Origin: a virus | Lineage: Duplodnaviria > Caudoviricetes | IMG/VR virus record: IMGVR_UViG_3300009506_001467 | Span: 1-61,310 of that record | Strand: one strand, 5' to 3' | Length of the DNA: 61,310 nucleotides | Shown: positions 1-9,307 of the stretch, in pieces | Layout of the letters: every line of letters begins with the position of its first letter | Numbering within the stretch: position 1 is the stretch's first letter | Translations under genes and position numbers: made by a program | The notes under the pieces: generated by a model | What the model was told of the DNA's origin: nothing | Seen by the model: only the letters and a program-made list of their open reading frames with translations | The model's database searches: none

Positions 1-144
1 GTCGTGGTCCGAGATGTGCAGAATAACCAGCGGGTCTTTCCAGAAGGGGTCATAGTCGGGCGACCAGCGGAAGTGCTCGCGGAGCACTTTCTCGATCGCT
101 GCTTTCGAGCTCTTGCCCTTGCCCGAGTAGACCGAGGTTGCGCC
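1..144. repeat. Terminal direct repeat, left copy (circular assembly overlap)
   Basis: Bases 1-144 (gtcgtggtcc...gttgcgcc) are identical to 61167-61310, and a reading frame continues through the junction. Confidence 0.95.
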
Positions 145-705
145 GATCGCTTTCGCTGCCGCCTGAAAGTCCCCAAAGAGACTATCCTTCTCTACTGCGA
201 GCATGATGTTACAGCCCCGGAACAGAGTCTGCCAGTTATAGCTCATCATTCTGCTCTGGTCATCGACCCACAGGTCCTTGTACGTGAGTCCCCGGTTGTC
301 TACAAAGTGCGCATAGGTCTGGCTCAGTCTGCCGACCCACACTAGATCGTTCATTTCCTCGATGCCTTGAGCGTTGATCTTGACATCCCCGAGCTGCTTT
401 GCCAGCGGCTGCGCAAAGTGACCCTTCCAGTATGAATACCAGTGTCTACGGATCGCCTTACATTCACCGTCACCCTCTGGCCCTCCTTGAGCGTCAAACA
501 CTTTCATCTGACACACGGTGGCGACCTTGCTCAAGCTCGAGCGAGAAAACCCATCTATATGCTCGTACTTTTCCACAAAGTCTGGGCTCTTGAGTGCTTG
601 AGTGATCGGATTGTACTCACTCGGCAACCCATAGCTTACATCGATCCCCATGGCCCCTAACAGTCTCCGACCGAACGATCCCAGATACTTCTCCCAGTTT
701 GCCAT
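1..705 (-). CDS. 5' part of a junction-spanning Toprim-domain protein (TopoVI-A/Spo11-like), about 513 aa in total
   Basis: Manual translation from the ATG at 705 (MANWEKYLGSF...) stays open through base 1 and joins ORF 60330..61253 in frame. Motifs MLAVEKDSLF, YSGKGKSS and ILHISDHDYDG fit the Toprim E...DxD pattern. Confidence 0.75.
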   Translation of the reverse strand, partial: MANWEKYLGSFGRRLLGAMGIDVSYGLPSEYNPITQALKSPDFVEKYEHIDGFSRSSLSKVATVCQMKVFDAQGGPEGDGECKAIRRHWYSYWKGHFAQPLAKQLGDVKINAQGIEEMNDLVWVGRLSQTYAHFVDNRGLTYKDLWVDDQSRMMSYNWQTLFRGCNIMLAVEKDSLFGDFQAAAKAIGATSVYSGKGKSSKAAIEKVLREHFRWSPDYDPFWKDPLVILHISDHD

Positions 706-768
706 TGTTTCTCTCTCTTTCTAGCTTGTCTCCTCTGTCTGTTCTCTGTATGCTCACTGTCAACTGCC

Positions 769-798
769 ATTATATCATAACCGCCTATAGCCTGTCAA
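769..798 (-). promoter_or_regulatory. Sigma70-type promoter for the Toprim gene
   Basis: TTGACA-18 nt-TATAAT on the minus strand, followed by the TGACAGTGAG leader motif. Confidence 0.75.
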
Positions 799-829
799 GT
801 ACCAATTCTGACAATTCTCATAATTCTCC

Positions 830-859
830 TTGACAAACTCATGCCGCATATGGTACAAT
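830..859 (+). promoter_or_regulatory. Sigma70-type promoter for the ParB/radical SAM/terminase operon
   Basis: TTGACA-18 nt-TACAAT with an extended -10 TG; divergent from the promoter at 769-798. Confidence 0.7.
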
Positions 860-956
860 GATCTCGATCCCAGATCCCTCTCTTTCTGACCTTTGGGTCA
901 GGCGGGCCGGGGCGACCAGACGGGTCCCCCGGCCCGATCTCACACTCGGGGAGAAC

Positions 957-1619
957 ATGGTCAAACCCTATCACAAGAACCCACGCAAGATCTCGGACGT
1001 GCAGCTCGAGCAGCTCGAGCAGTGGCTCAGCGAGCTGGGCGATCTCTCGGGTATCGTTCATAACATCCGCACAGATGAGATCATCGGCGGCAACCAGCGC
1101 AACCGTATCTTCGATCTCGAGCAGTGCGAGATCGAGATCGAGCAAGAGCTCGAGTCCCCCGACGATCAGGGGACCGTTGCTCTCGGGTACATTGTCTGGA
1201 ACGACCACCGCTATACCTACCGCCGAGTGGACTGGGACGATCGCACAGCAGAACAGGCGAACATCGTTGCCAACAAATCGGGTGGAGACTGGGACTGGGA
1301 GACGCTGATCGAGTCGTTCGATCTGTCCGATCTGCTGGAGTGGGGATTCAGTGAGTTTGAGCTACATGTTGGGGCCTATGGTGATACGTCCACCGATCGT
1401 GATGGACAGGGTGTCCATTCCACCTGGGACCAGGTGAAAGGCGCAGATGCTGGACGTGTTATCATTGGTGAGATCGAAACGAAATTACCGCAAGAGGTGA
1501 TTGATTCGTTGATAGGCTTACTCACAAGCGAGTACGAGACTAATGACCGTCCTATTTTTGAAACATTAGAGACGGTCATGGTAGCAGGGATACGGGCCTT
1601 TGAAGCTAGCGATTGTTGA
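957..1619 (+). CDS. ParB/Srx-like N-terminal domain protein
   Basis: PYHKNPRKIS...LGDLSGIVHN...IIGGNQR...ANIVANK matches the phage ParB-N pattern; ATG 957 follows a GGGGAG RBS. Confidence 0.75.
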   Translation: MVKPYHKNPRKISDVQLEQLEQWLSELGDLSGIVHNIRTDEIIGGNQRNRIFDLEQCEIEIEQELESPDDQGTVALGYIVWNDHRYTYRRVDWDDRTAEQANIVANKSGGDWDWETLIESFDLSDLLEWGFSEFELHVGAYGDTSTDRDGQGVHSTWDQVKGADAGRVIIGEIETKLPQEVIDSLIGLLTSEYETNDRPIFETLETVMVAGIRAFEASDC

Positions 1620-2850
1620 CACTAACTATGCAAAACCCGAATACAAAGGATTAGCTGCATCCTGGCTTCAGTGGGAGTGTGAGCGGGCTGGAGCGAAACT
1701 TGTAGTGCCAGAGCATGCCGAGTTTCTATTGTGTACGATCTCCAGCCAACAGGGAATATCCCGCTTACGTGGTGAGTTGAAACGTATTAACAACAGAACA
1801 GCACGTATAATCTTGGGCGGAGGAGGATGTTATGCACCGGCAGTGTTTGACGATCTGATTGATGTGGCGTGTGTTGGCGAGGGATCACGATTCATTCGGA
1901 CATTGCTGAATGACGGATATGAGGCAGCTTGTGAATTGCCCGAATCGTGGATTCCAGGCGAGACACGTCAGGTAGTGCCGTATGGTGGGTTTCCCTGGGA
2001 ATGTCCCCCGTTGCGGCATCCAGACGGGACGGTGCGCGTGTTTGGTGCTAGGGGATGCAAGTACAAATGCCTGTTTTGCCAGACAGGATGGGAAATCGCC
2101 TATCGCACGAACCCAGAACCAGAGCGGTTACAGGCCCAAATAGATGCCCTGACACAATCAGGGGAGCGCATTGCATTGATCACCAATGATGGCGGCCAAG
2201 AGCCAGTACAGCTGCGCGGGCAACAAGAATTCTTGTCAATGAGGCTGGACAATCTAAAGCAGATGTTACCTATTACACGGCGAGTGACCAAATCTGTTCG
2301 CATCGGAGTAGAGGGTATATCTGAACGATTGAGGAAAGCCGTCAAGAAACCTGTGACCAATGCCGATCTGCTCAATGTGACATTCTCACTATTGGCTAAT
2401 GGTGTGGGCGTTAGATGGTTTTTCATTCCGGGTCTACCGGGTGAGCTAGATGACGATTACGGCGATCTGCGGTTTCTAGTACGTGAGCTGCACAAACTGC
2501 CGAAGGGTTGTGTGATGATGAACTTCCATTCATTCATCCCGCAGCCAGCAACACCTTTGGGCGTACTTCCCCTAGTTGATGCTTACTGGGAGAAATTTGA
2601 TGAGTTCCGTAGGTGGTTTTTTCACGGGCCTGGATTCACCCGCCGTGTGCAGATTGTAGCACCAAACCAATACAAAAGTCGATTACGTCGAGCCACGCAG
2701 AGTATGGCAGCAACAGAAACACAATTGCGGCACGGATGGTTTGATAAGGATAATCCCAATTGGCGCGTGAGGTATTTGCTTACTCCTGACCAGATGAGGC
2801 GTTCAGCAAAAACCTACTTGCGAAAACTGACCAAGGGCAACAATGACTGA
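1600..2850 (+). CDS. Radical SAM protein with a B12-binding-like N-terminal domain
   Basis: RGCKYKCLFC (CxxxCxxC), ILGGGG...DVACVGEG, GVEGISERLR, PGLPGE and FIPQPATP motifs. Confidence 0.85.
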   Translation: MKLAIVDTNYAKPEYKGLAASWLQWECERAGAKLVVPEHAEFLLCTISSQQGISRLRGELKRINNRTARIILGGGGCYAPAVFDDLIDVACVGEGSRFIRTLLNDGYEAACELPESWIPGETRQVVPYGGFPWECPPLRHPDGTVRVFGARGCKYKCLFCQTGWEIAYRTNPEPERLQAQIDALTQSGERIALITNDGGQEPVQLRGQQEFLSMRLDNLKQMLPITRRVTKSVRIGVEGISERLRKAVKKPVTNADLLNVTFSLLANGVGVRWFFIPGLPGELDDDYGDLRFLVRELHKLPKGCVMMNFHSFIPQPATPLGVLPLVDAYWEKFDEFRRWFFHGPGFTRRVQIVAPNQYKSRLRRATQSMAATETQLRHGWFDKDNPNWRVRYLLTPDQMRRSAKTYLRKLTKGNND

Positions 2851-2871
2851 AACTGGTACTTGGGATAGACT

Positions 2872-3396
2872 GTGAATACGACACACGACCGTAAACCTAG
2901 GCGTTCAGCAGCGCAGCTTGCGCGTGATAGACGGCGTATTGCTGAACTGTACCTTGAGGGCAAGCTGCAGGTCGAGATTGCAGAGGTTGTCAATCTGTCC
3001 CAGTCCACTGTATCGAATGACATCAAGGCGCTGCAAAAGCAGTGGATCGAGTCGGCGCTGATCGATTTCAACGAAGCCAAGTCACAGGAACTTGCACGGA
3101 TCGACAAGCTAGAGCGGGAATACTATCAAGCGTGGCATCGATCTTGTGAAGATGCTGAGACGATCAAGCAAAAGGGAGAACCCGGCGAAGGCACAAAGGT
3201 CAAGACGGAAAGCGTGGAACGAACCGTCAAGGGACAGGCAGGTGATCCTCGGTTCTTGCAAGGCGTGCAGTGGTGCATCGATCGACGCTGCAAGATCCTG
3301 GGAATAGACGCCGCGATCGAGCTCAAGCACACAGGGGTAGGTAGAGATGGTGCGATCCTTGTCATGTCAGGAAACGTCCAGCCGAAGGATTTTTGA
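2872..3396 (+). CDS. Probable terminase small subunit (HTH)
   Basis: N-terminal HTH (LQVEIAEVVNLSQSTVSNDI), RCKILGID-type C-terminal motif, upstream of terL. Confidence 0.7.
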   Translation: MNTTHDRKPRRSAAQLARDRRRIAELYLEGKLQVEIAEVVNLSQSTVSNDIKALQKQWIESALIDFNEAKSQELARIDKLEREYYQAWHRSCEDAETIKQKGEPGEGTKVKTESVERTVKGQAGDPRFLQGVQWCIDRRCKILGIDAAIELKHTGVGRDGAILVMSGNVQPKDF

Positions 3397-3532
3397 TGTA
3401 GAGATCATACTCTGCCCAGAGCTCGAGCATGGAGAATGGTATCTCATTGGACAGACACCGGATGATGGGATGTGTGTCAACGGTGAGATCTTGGGCAAGA
3501 TCGATGAGTACGATCCCATATCCAGAGGTTAG
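3347..3532 (+). CDS. Hypothetical small acidic protein
   Basis: Fills the gap between terS and the next ORF in a tightly packed operon. Confidence 0.35.
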   Translation: MVRSLSCQETSSRRIFDVEIILCPELEHGEWYLIGQTPDDGMCVNGEILGKIDEYDPISRG

Positions 3533-3914
3533 ACGCACGATCATGCTCGCTGTGACGATCGCGATCGGTCTGTACATCTGGTCGTATATGCTGCTCAGAG
3601 CGAGCAGTCTAAAAGGGGGATTCTCGATGTCAAACAAACCAGAGCTCAAGGACGTCCATCTATTCTGCTCAAAGCTCATCATAGACGGCGAAGAGATCGA
3701 GCAGCCCAAAGAGCACAACCCGCTCATGCTCTCGATCGGCAGCCTGGGACGTGCATATGGGCTCGGGGCAATCCTCTATGCCGGGATTGTGTATATGCAC
3801 CCAGAGCTCACACAGATGCAGCTCTTGATCGCAAAGTGGCCCATGTTTCTCTCGGGCCTGATCTGTACTCTTGGCGGCTATGCTATCCTCATCTCCCAGT
3901 TGGAGCACAAGTGA
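3504..3914 (+). CDS. Hypothetical membrane protein
   Basis: About three hydrophobic segments; stop overlaps the next start (TGATG). Confidence 0.5.
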   Translation: MSTIPYPEVRRTIMLAVTIAIGLYIWSYMLLRASSLKGGFSMSNKPELKDVHLFCSKLIIDGEEIEQPKEHNPLMLSIGSLGRAYGLGAILYAGIVYMHPELTQMQLLIAKWPMFLSGLICTLGGYAILISQLEHK

Positions 3915-4222
3915 TGTTCCAGATCGTTGAGAGTACTGAGCTCACGATCACAGAGAGCGAGATCGTCCCCCGCACTTGGCGAGAGCGTTTGTTCTCGTGG
4001 CCCTGGCGACCGTGGGTCAAGACCAAGCTCATAGTGCGCACTATGCCCGATCCAAACACCTATCTCATGTTGAGTCTCTACGGTGAGCAAGTGGCCATCT
4101 GTCACCCGGCGATCGCCACAGCTCTGCGAGAGCGCATGGGCAGTGTGTGGGAACAGAACAGGATGGGCGAGTGGATCGATCCGAGCATACACTGTCCCCG
4201 AGTAGATCGACCCGGTGCATGA
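3914..4222 (+). CDS. Hypothetical protein
   Basis: Coupled start at 3914; RTWRERLFSWPWRPW motif; ends just before terL. Confidence 0.55.
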   Translation: MFQIVESTELTITESEIVPRTWRERLFSWPWRPWVKTKLIVRTMPDPNTYLMLSLYGEQVAICHPAIATALRERMGSVWEQNRMGEWIDPSIHCPRVDRPGA

Positions 4223-4225
4223 TGG

Positions 4226-5530
4226 ATGAGCGAGCTTGCCTACTCATTCTATGGCAACGTGCTCAACGGGATGCTCTGCCGCGATCCAGAGGTCATGCTC
4301 TCGGGCCCGGCAGACACGGGCAAGACCCTTGCTCTCTTGTACAAGCTCCACGTGTGTGCGAGCAAGTATCCAGACTCGCAGATCTCGATCATCCGCAAGA
4401 TCAAGGCAGACATCCATGGCACCGTGCTGCGCACTTGGGAGAGAGACGTTCTACCGAGCTCACCATACGTGGAGGCCTACGGCGGCAAGATCCCACAGTG
4501 GTACGACTACCCCAACGGATCGCGCATCTGGCTCGGCGGCCTAGACAGCCCCGGCAAAACGCTCTCCGGCGAGCGTGACCTGATCTATGTCGTACAGGCT
4601 GAGGAGCTCACTGTCTCGGACTGGGAATACCTCACCCGTATGGTCACGGGTCGTGGCGCTGTGATGCCCTATACTCAACTGGTCGGGGACTGCAACCCGG
4701 GCCCACCCTCACACTGGATCATGACTCGCAGCAAGAGCGGCACTCTGACCCGCTTTGACACCGTACACAGAGACAACCCGACGATCTATGATCCAGAGAC
4801 GGGCGAGCTTACAGAGAGCGGGAAGCAGAGACTTGCCCGTCTCGCCAGACTGACCGGGCACAGGTACAAGCGTCTATTCCTCGGTCAGTGGGTTGCGCCA
4901 GAAGGGGCGATCTACACGGCCTACGATGAGGACACGCACAAGATCCACGCGATCGAGATCCCCCGCATGTGGCCCCGCTTTGTGGGCATCGACCCATACG
5001 GCGCACAGATCGGGGCGCTCTGGGTCGCGTGGGATGCGGAGGCAAGGCAGCTCCACGTGTATCGTGAGTACGAGCAGCCGTTCGGTGTGACGACTCCGCA
5101 GCACGTTTCCCAGATTCTCGAGATGTCGGGATACAGCACAGATCGCATCCCGACGAACCGCGCGGAGCCGATCTATGCGTGGGTCGGCGGCGGGCCATCA
5201 GAGCGCCAGCAGAGGGTAGACTTTGCGGGAGCTGGAATACCCCTGATCGCCCCGCCGATCACAGACGTGTGGACGCAGATCGATCGCGTCCAGCAGCTCC
5301 TGACAGAGGGGCGCATTGTGATCCACGATTGCTGCGTGGCGCTGCTCAGTGAGATCACAGACTATCACCGCAAGCAGAACAAGAGGACGGGCGAGTTCGA
5401 GAACACGATCGAGAACAAGGACGCCTATCACATGCTGGACGCTCTGCGCTATGTGATCGCGTTCTTGACCTCGCCGCAGGACGATGTACAGGTGGTCAAC
5501 GTGTCGGCTCAGATCGGGCCGAGTCTCTAA
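4226..5530 (+). CDS. terL: Terminase large subunit (PBSX-like)
   Basis: Walker A SGPADTGKT, GDCNP coupling motif, HRDNP, and C-terminal RNase H-like nuclease (FVGID ... HMLDALRY). Confidence 0.92.
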   Translation: MSELAYSFYGNVLNGMLCRDPEVMLSGPADTGKTLALLYKLHVCASKYPDSQISIIRKIKADIHGTVLRTWERDVLPSSPYVEAYGGKIPQWYDYPNGSRIWLGGLDSPGKTLSGERDLIYVVQAEELTVSDWEYLTRMVTGRGAVMPYTQLVGDCNPGPPSHWIMTRSKSGTLTRFDTVHRDNPTIYDPETGELTESGKQRLARLARLTGHRYKRLFLGQWVAPEGAIYTAYDEDTHKIHAIEIPRMWPRFVGIDPYGAQIGALWVAWDAEARQLHVYREYEQPFGVTTPQHVSQILEMSGYSTDRIPTNRAEPIYAWVGGGPSERQQRVDFAGAGIPLIAPPITDVWTQIDRVQQLLTEGRIVIHDCCVALLSEITDYHRKQNKRTGEFENTIENKDAYHMLDALRYVIAFLTSPQDDVQVVNVSAQIGPSL

Positions 5531-5560
5531 GTGCTCGCTGGTCCGATCTGTGGTATAATG

Positions 5561-5569
5561 AGATGGGAG
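5561..5569 (+). promoter_or_regulatory. Extended -10 promoter element upstream of the portal region
   Basis: TGgTATAAT upstream of a GGGAGG RBS; no clear -35. Confidence 0.4.
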
Positions 5570-5575
5570 GGAATA

Positions 5576-5752
5576 ATGGTTACACTGAGCGTACCGATCT
5601 GGCTGATCACTCTAGTGATCGGGCTCGTTGTAGGGGCCGGGGGTGTTCTCGCTCTCTCGTTTGTGCAGTACAGGCGCACCCAGAGAGAGCTGTGTGAGAT
5701 CATCAAGAGAGAGGAGATCACAGATGAGCAAAACGACGGAAGCGATCTATAG
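5576..5752 (+). CDS. Small single-TM protein
   Basis: GGGAGGG RBS; hydrophobic N-terminus. Confidence 0.5.
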   Translation: MVTLSVPIWLITLVIGLVVGAGGVLALSFVQYRRTQRELCEIIKREEITDEQNDGSDL

Positions 5753-7616
5753 GCTGCTCTACCCCCGCAAGGCAGAGCTGCTGGACACGGTAGAGCGGCT
5801 CAACCAATCAGAGACCAAGAGGTATGCTGCTCTGCTCGACCTATCTAGAGAGCAGCAGGAGCAGATCACATACCTCGAGCGAGACAAGCAGTTCCTGCAG
5901 GACGAGTCGGACACGACGATCGCAGCTCTGCGAGACTCGATCAGCGTGCTTGGCCTGTACCTACAGGACTACGGCCTCGAGCAAGCGCCGAGAGATGCGC
6001 TCCGCTCACTACAAGAGAGCGGAGTAGACGAGGCCCTGCTGCTCGACCTGACGACCCAGATCGGCTGGGACCAGATCGCAACGATGGGCGCGAGCCAAGC
6101 GGGCTCACAGCAGAGAGGGCTCGCCATGAGCCAGAGCGAGCGGCTCTGGATGTACAGCCCGATCTACCAGTGGTCCGTCTGGTTGTGGACGGGCTGGGGA
6201 CTTGGCGAGAACGTCACCGCCACGCTGCCGGACGAGAACGCACAGCAGTGGTGGGACGAGTTCTTTTTTGCTCGGCGCAACCGGGCCGTTCTGGGACGTG
6301 AAAAGATCCACAGCCTCTCGGACTGGCTGCTAGTCAAGGGTAACCGCTTTCTCGTCCTGTTCACTGCGACCGCAGGAGAGAACGCCGGGCGCACGACGAT
6401 CAGGACGATCTCGGGCGCAGACCCGGAGCCGATCTACAACCCGGGCGACAAGGCAGAGGTCTGGTTCTGGAAGCGAGCATACACAGAGAACGGCAAGCCG
6501 GAAAAGACCCTGTACTACCCATCCTGGGAGACGTCGCTCAGTCCAGAGCTCGAGGAACGCTGGCGGGTGCTGATCGAGGGCAAGAAAGTGCCGGGCGATG
6601 CAAAGAGAGCGGATCTCAGGCAAGCGGGAACAACGGTCTGCATCCAGCACGTTGCGCACAACAGAAAAGTGGAGGACTCGCCGCTGGGCTGGCCTCTCTC
6701 TACAACCGCCGCCCCGTGGATCCGCGGGCACAAGAGGTTTGCAGAGAGCCGACTGGGCGTGGCGCTTGCGATCGCCCAGTTTGTGCGCAGGACACAGGTC
6801 TCAGGCGGCTCGAGGGCGGTAGAGTCTGTGATCAATACGATCGCCTCTACCCTCTCACAGAGCAGCCTCTCCGATCGCAACCCGCCCGGAGCTGCCGGGT
6901 CGTGGCACGTTGAGAACAAGGCCTCGGACACGACCGAGCTGCCCATGCGCACCGGGGCGAGCGATGCAAAGGCAGACAACGAGACATTCTCATGGATGGC
7001 GCTGCTCGGCGCGGGCCTGTTCCCGACGTCGGCGGGTCTGGATACGTCTCGCTGGGCCACTGCGCTCGAGATGGACAAGGCGCAGAGCATGATCTTTGAG
7101 CGTTACCAGGACCTGTGGATCGAGAGTATGGAAACGCTCTGTTATGCTGTACTCTCGCTTGCCGACAAGTACGGGGACGCCTCGATCGAGGAGAAAAACA
7201 GGGTCGCACAGATCTCGATCGACTCCTTCTCTCTCTCGGACTTCCCATCGGTCGCCAAGGCGATCGGTTCGTTCGCTTCCCAGATGCTCACCCCGATGGT
7301 CCAAAACGGCGTGATCGATCTCGATGCCGCTGCGCAGCTCACTGCCGAGCTCTGGCGCATCTCGCTGCAAGCTCTCGGGGTCAACAATGCCGCCGATCTC
7401 GCAGCGCCCGAACTATTTCGACCAGAGCAGCCAGAGGAACCGCCGCCGCCAGCAGACACCGGGCTGCCCGATGAGGACGAGGAGATCATACCCGCCGAGG
7501 AGATGCTGGGCAAGCTCTATGAGCGAGCTCTCGATCGATACAGGCGGGGCGAGATCACATCCGATCAGCTCGCTCAGTTTGTGCTCTCTAGTGAACTGGA
7601 CAAGGCCAATGGATGA
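5724..7616 (+). CDS. Probable portal protein
   Basis: About 630 aa, directly after terL, with a Pro/Glu-rich C-terminal tail; GAGGAG RBS before ATG 5724. Assigned by synteny. Confidence 0.7.
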   Translation: MSKTTEAIYRLLYPRKAELLDTVERLNQSETKRYAALLDLSREQQEQITYLERDKQFLQDESDTTIAALRDSISVLGLYLQDYGLEQAPRDALRSLQESGVDEALLLDLTTQIGWDQIATMGASQAGSQQRGLAMSQSERLWMYSPIYQWSVWLWTGWGLGENVTATLPDENAQQWWDEFFFARRNRAVLGREKIHSLSDWLLVKGNRFLVLFTATAGENAGRTTIRTISGADPEPIYNPGDKAEVWFWKRAYTENGKPEKTLYYPSWETSLSPELEERWRVLIEGKKVPGDAKRADLRQAGTTVCIQHVAHNRKVEDSPLGWPLSTTAAPWIRGHKRFAESRLGVALAIAQFVRRTQVSGGSRAVESVINTIASTLSQSSLSDRNPPGAAGSWHVENKASDTTELPMRTGASDAKADNETFSWMALLGAGLFPTSAGLDTSRWATALEMDKAQSMIFERYQDLWIESMETLCYAVLSLADKYGDASIEEKNRVAQISIDSFSLSDFPSVAKAIGSFASQMLTPMVQNGVIDLDAAAQLTAELWRISLQALGVNNAADLAAPELFRPEQPEEPPPPADTGLPDEDEEIIPAEEMLGKLYERALDRYRRGEITSDQLAQFVLSSELDKANG

Positions 7617-8343
7617 CAGAGCGATCTACATAGTCCACAGCACACAGATTCCTCTCGAGTACGTCCACTCTGGTGCTGTGATCGTGCTCGAGGATGAGCA
7701 GCTCTCAGAGGTCAAGTTCTACAGTGACGGTCACACCGTCACCAAGGGCGAGCGGGCATACATCAAGCAGATCCGTGCTCTTGTGCGCGGCTATGTGACC
7801 GACGTTCTGGATACCCCTGGCTTTGTAGAGTCCATGTACGAGTCTATCACCTGGGGACTGACAAACGCCTGGCACGAGGGCGCAAAAAAGGCGGGCCTGT
7901 CTCCGCAAGATCTGAGCGCCGCAGAGCTCGCAGCTCTACAGCAGGACATCATGAGCGAGCACATGCATGTGTACGGGTTCACTACGTTTCTTGCGACTCG
8001 GGCGGCGATGTACGCAGCGGGTCAAAAACAGCTTGCTCTGGCCCAGTCCTACAACCGGGCCGTGCAGTGGACCAACCGCTATGATGCTGTGAGGGTCGAG
8101 GCGTACACGATGGCGGCGGGCGATCAGAAACTCATCTGGACGCTGGGCGCAACAAAAGATCACTGCCAGTCTTGTCTCACGTTCAATGGGCGGGTCTACC
8201 GAGCAAGCACGTGGCAGCAGTACAATGCTCTGCCAAAGAGCCCGCGCCTGTGCTGCTTTGGTCGGCACTGCGATTGTAACCTGACCCCGACCGATCAGCG
8301 CATCACACCGGGCCGTTTCCCGGAGGGTGCGCTGTGCAATTGA
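7609..8343 (+). CDS. Head morphogenesis / minor capsid protein (Mu gpF/SPP1 gp7-like)
   Basis: After the portal; C-terminal W...HCQSC...NGRVY...CC...HCDC metal-binding pattern. Confidence 0.7.
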   Translation: MDDRAIYIVHSTQIPLEYVHSGAVIVLEDEQLSEVKFYSDGHTVTKGERAYIKQIRALVRGYVTDVLDTPGFVESMYESITWGLTNAWHEGAKKAGLSPQDLSAAELAALQQDIMSEHMHVYGFTTFLATRAAMYAAGQKQLALAQSYNRAVQWTNRYDAVRVEAYTMAAGDQKLIWTLGATKDHCQSCLTFNGRVYRASTWQQYNALPKSPRLCCFGRHCDCNLTPTDQRITPGRFPEGALCN

Positions 8344-8549
8344 CCAGCCTACCCACACAGCCGTGGGACGCGATCTTGCGCAGACTACGCCAGATCTCAT
8401 CACAGCAGATTCCCACGGGCTGCGCGATCGTCTCGCTGCACATCGTTGTCCAGAGTGGTCGACCAGTGGCGTGGTGGGAACCAACAGTACGCAAGCTCGA
8501 GCCGAAAGACATCATGAGCGAGTTTCTGGAGGTAGCACTCAATGAATGA
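8334..8549 (+). CDS. Hypothetical protein
   Basis: Overlaps both neighbours; GGAGGG RBS. Confidence 0.5.
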   Translation: MQLTSLPTQPWDAILRRLRQISSQQIPTGCAIVSLHIVVQSGRPVAWWEPTVRKLEPKDIMSEFLEVALNE

Positions 8550-8979
8550 GCACTGGGACACGTCAAGCGATCGCGATCCGATCCAACGACCAGAGTGGTA
8601 TGAGGACACCGGCTCTCTGTGGGACGCTGCGTACTGGCCCGGCTTTACTCGTGAGATGATCGATCGGCTCAAGCATGTTGCCGATCTGTGGTCTATCCCA
8701 GCGAACAAAGCGATCTCTGAGCTCCCCACTCTGTTCTCTGCTTTCGCTGGCTCGCTGGACGATCTGATCATCCGTCTCCAAGAGCTCATTGAGCAGTACG
8801 GCGACGTGTTCACTATGCGTCTTGTGCCCGCCAAGCAGCGAGTGCTCATGCTCGGTCCTCGTCTCTGCACTCGGCGCGCCTACACTACAGAGCGAGCAAC
8901 GACCTATCCAGCACAGCCGCACATGTGGGGCAGATACAACCCGGCGACGGTCCCACGCATACGCAGCTCAACGAGGTAG
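8542..8979 (+). CDS. Hypothetical protein
   Basis: GGAGGT RBS; coupled to the previous ORF. Confidence 0.5.
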   Translation: MNEHWDTSSDRDPIQRPEWYEDTGSLWDAAYWPGFTREMIDRLKHVADLWSIPANKAISELPTLFSAFAGSLDDLIIRLQELIEQYGDVFTMRLVPAKQRVLMLGPRLCTRRAYTTERATTYPAQPHMWGRYNPATVPRIRSSTR

Positions 8980-9163
8980 GTCCCCAGCCCTACCTTTTTG
9001 ATAACGCCCCGCGGCATCGGGGCAATCCTCTCACCATAGAGCAGAGCGACCTCACCCACCGCTCTGCTCTACCTCTTTGCCCAGCGAACACAAAACACTC
9101 TCGGGGCAGAGAGTGCTCACTGCTCGAGAGTGCTTTGGCTTGTGCGATCGGCTGCGGTTTATG
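8972..9163 (-). ncRNA. Candidate structured non-coding RNA
   Basis: Intergenic, downstream of the minus-strand promoter at 9169-9198; several nested stems, e.g. tagagcagagcg/cgctctgctcta, gggcaa/ttgccc, aggtagg/cctacct. Confidence 0.45.
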
Positions 9164-9168
9164 CCCAC

Positions 9169-9232
9169 ATTCTACCACAATTCACGTCCTTACGTCAAGA
9201 GTCCTTGACAATGCTCTCAGATCTGGTATAAT
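9169..9232. promoter_or_regulatory. Divergent promoter pair
   Basis: Minus: TTGACG-18-TAGAAT (9198-9169). Plus: TTGACA-16-TATAAT (9205-9232). Confidence 0.65.
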
Positions 9233-9266
9233 GAGAGCATACTCATAACACGATCGCGGGACACAC

Positions 9267-9307
9267 GAGCCGCTTGCCTCTCACTGAGGGGAAGCGGCTC
9301 TTTTGTT
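9267..9307 (+). terminator. Intrinsic terminator/attenuator in the leader of the head genes
   Basis: gagccgctt...aagcggctc stem followed by ttttgtt. Confidence 0.6.

Noticed and set aside
1-144. 144-bp end repeat as a physical virion terminal repeat
   Set aside because: It falls in the middle of a coding sequence and is more simply explained as assembler overlap of a circular or permuted genome
8972-9163. tRNA or hammerhead ribozyme in the structured intergenic region
   Set aside because: No cloverleaf with a TTC loop and no CUGANGA/GAAA core found on either strand
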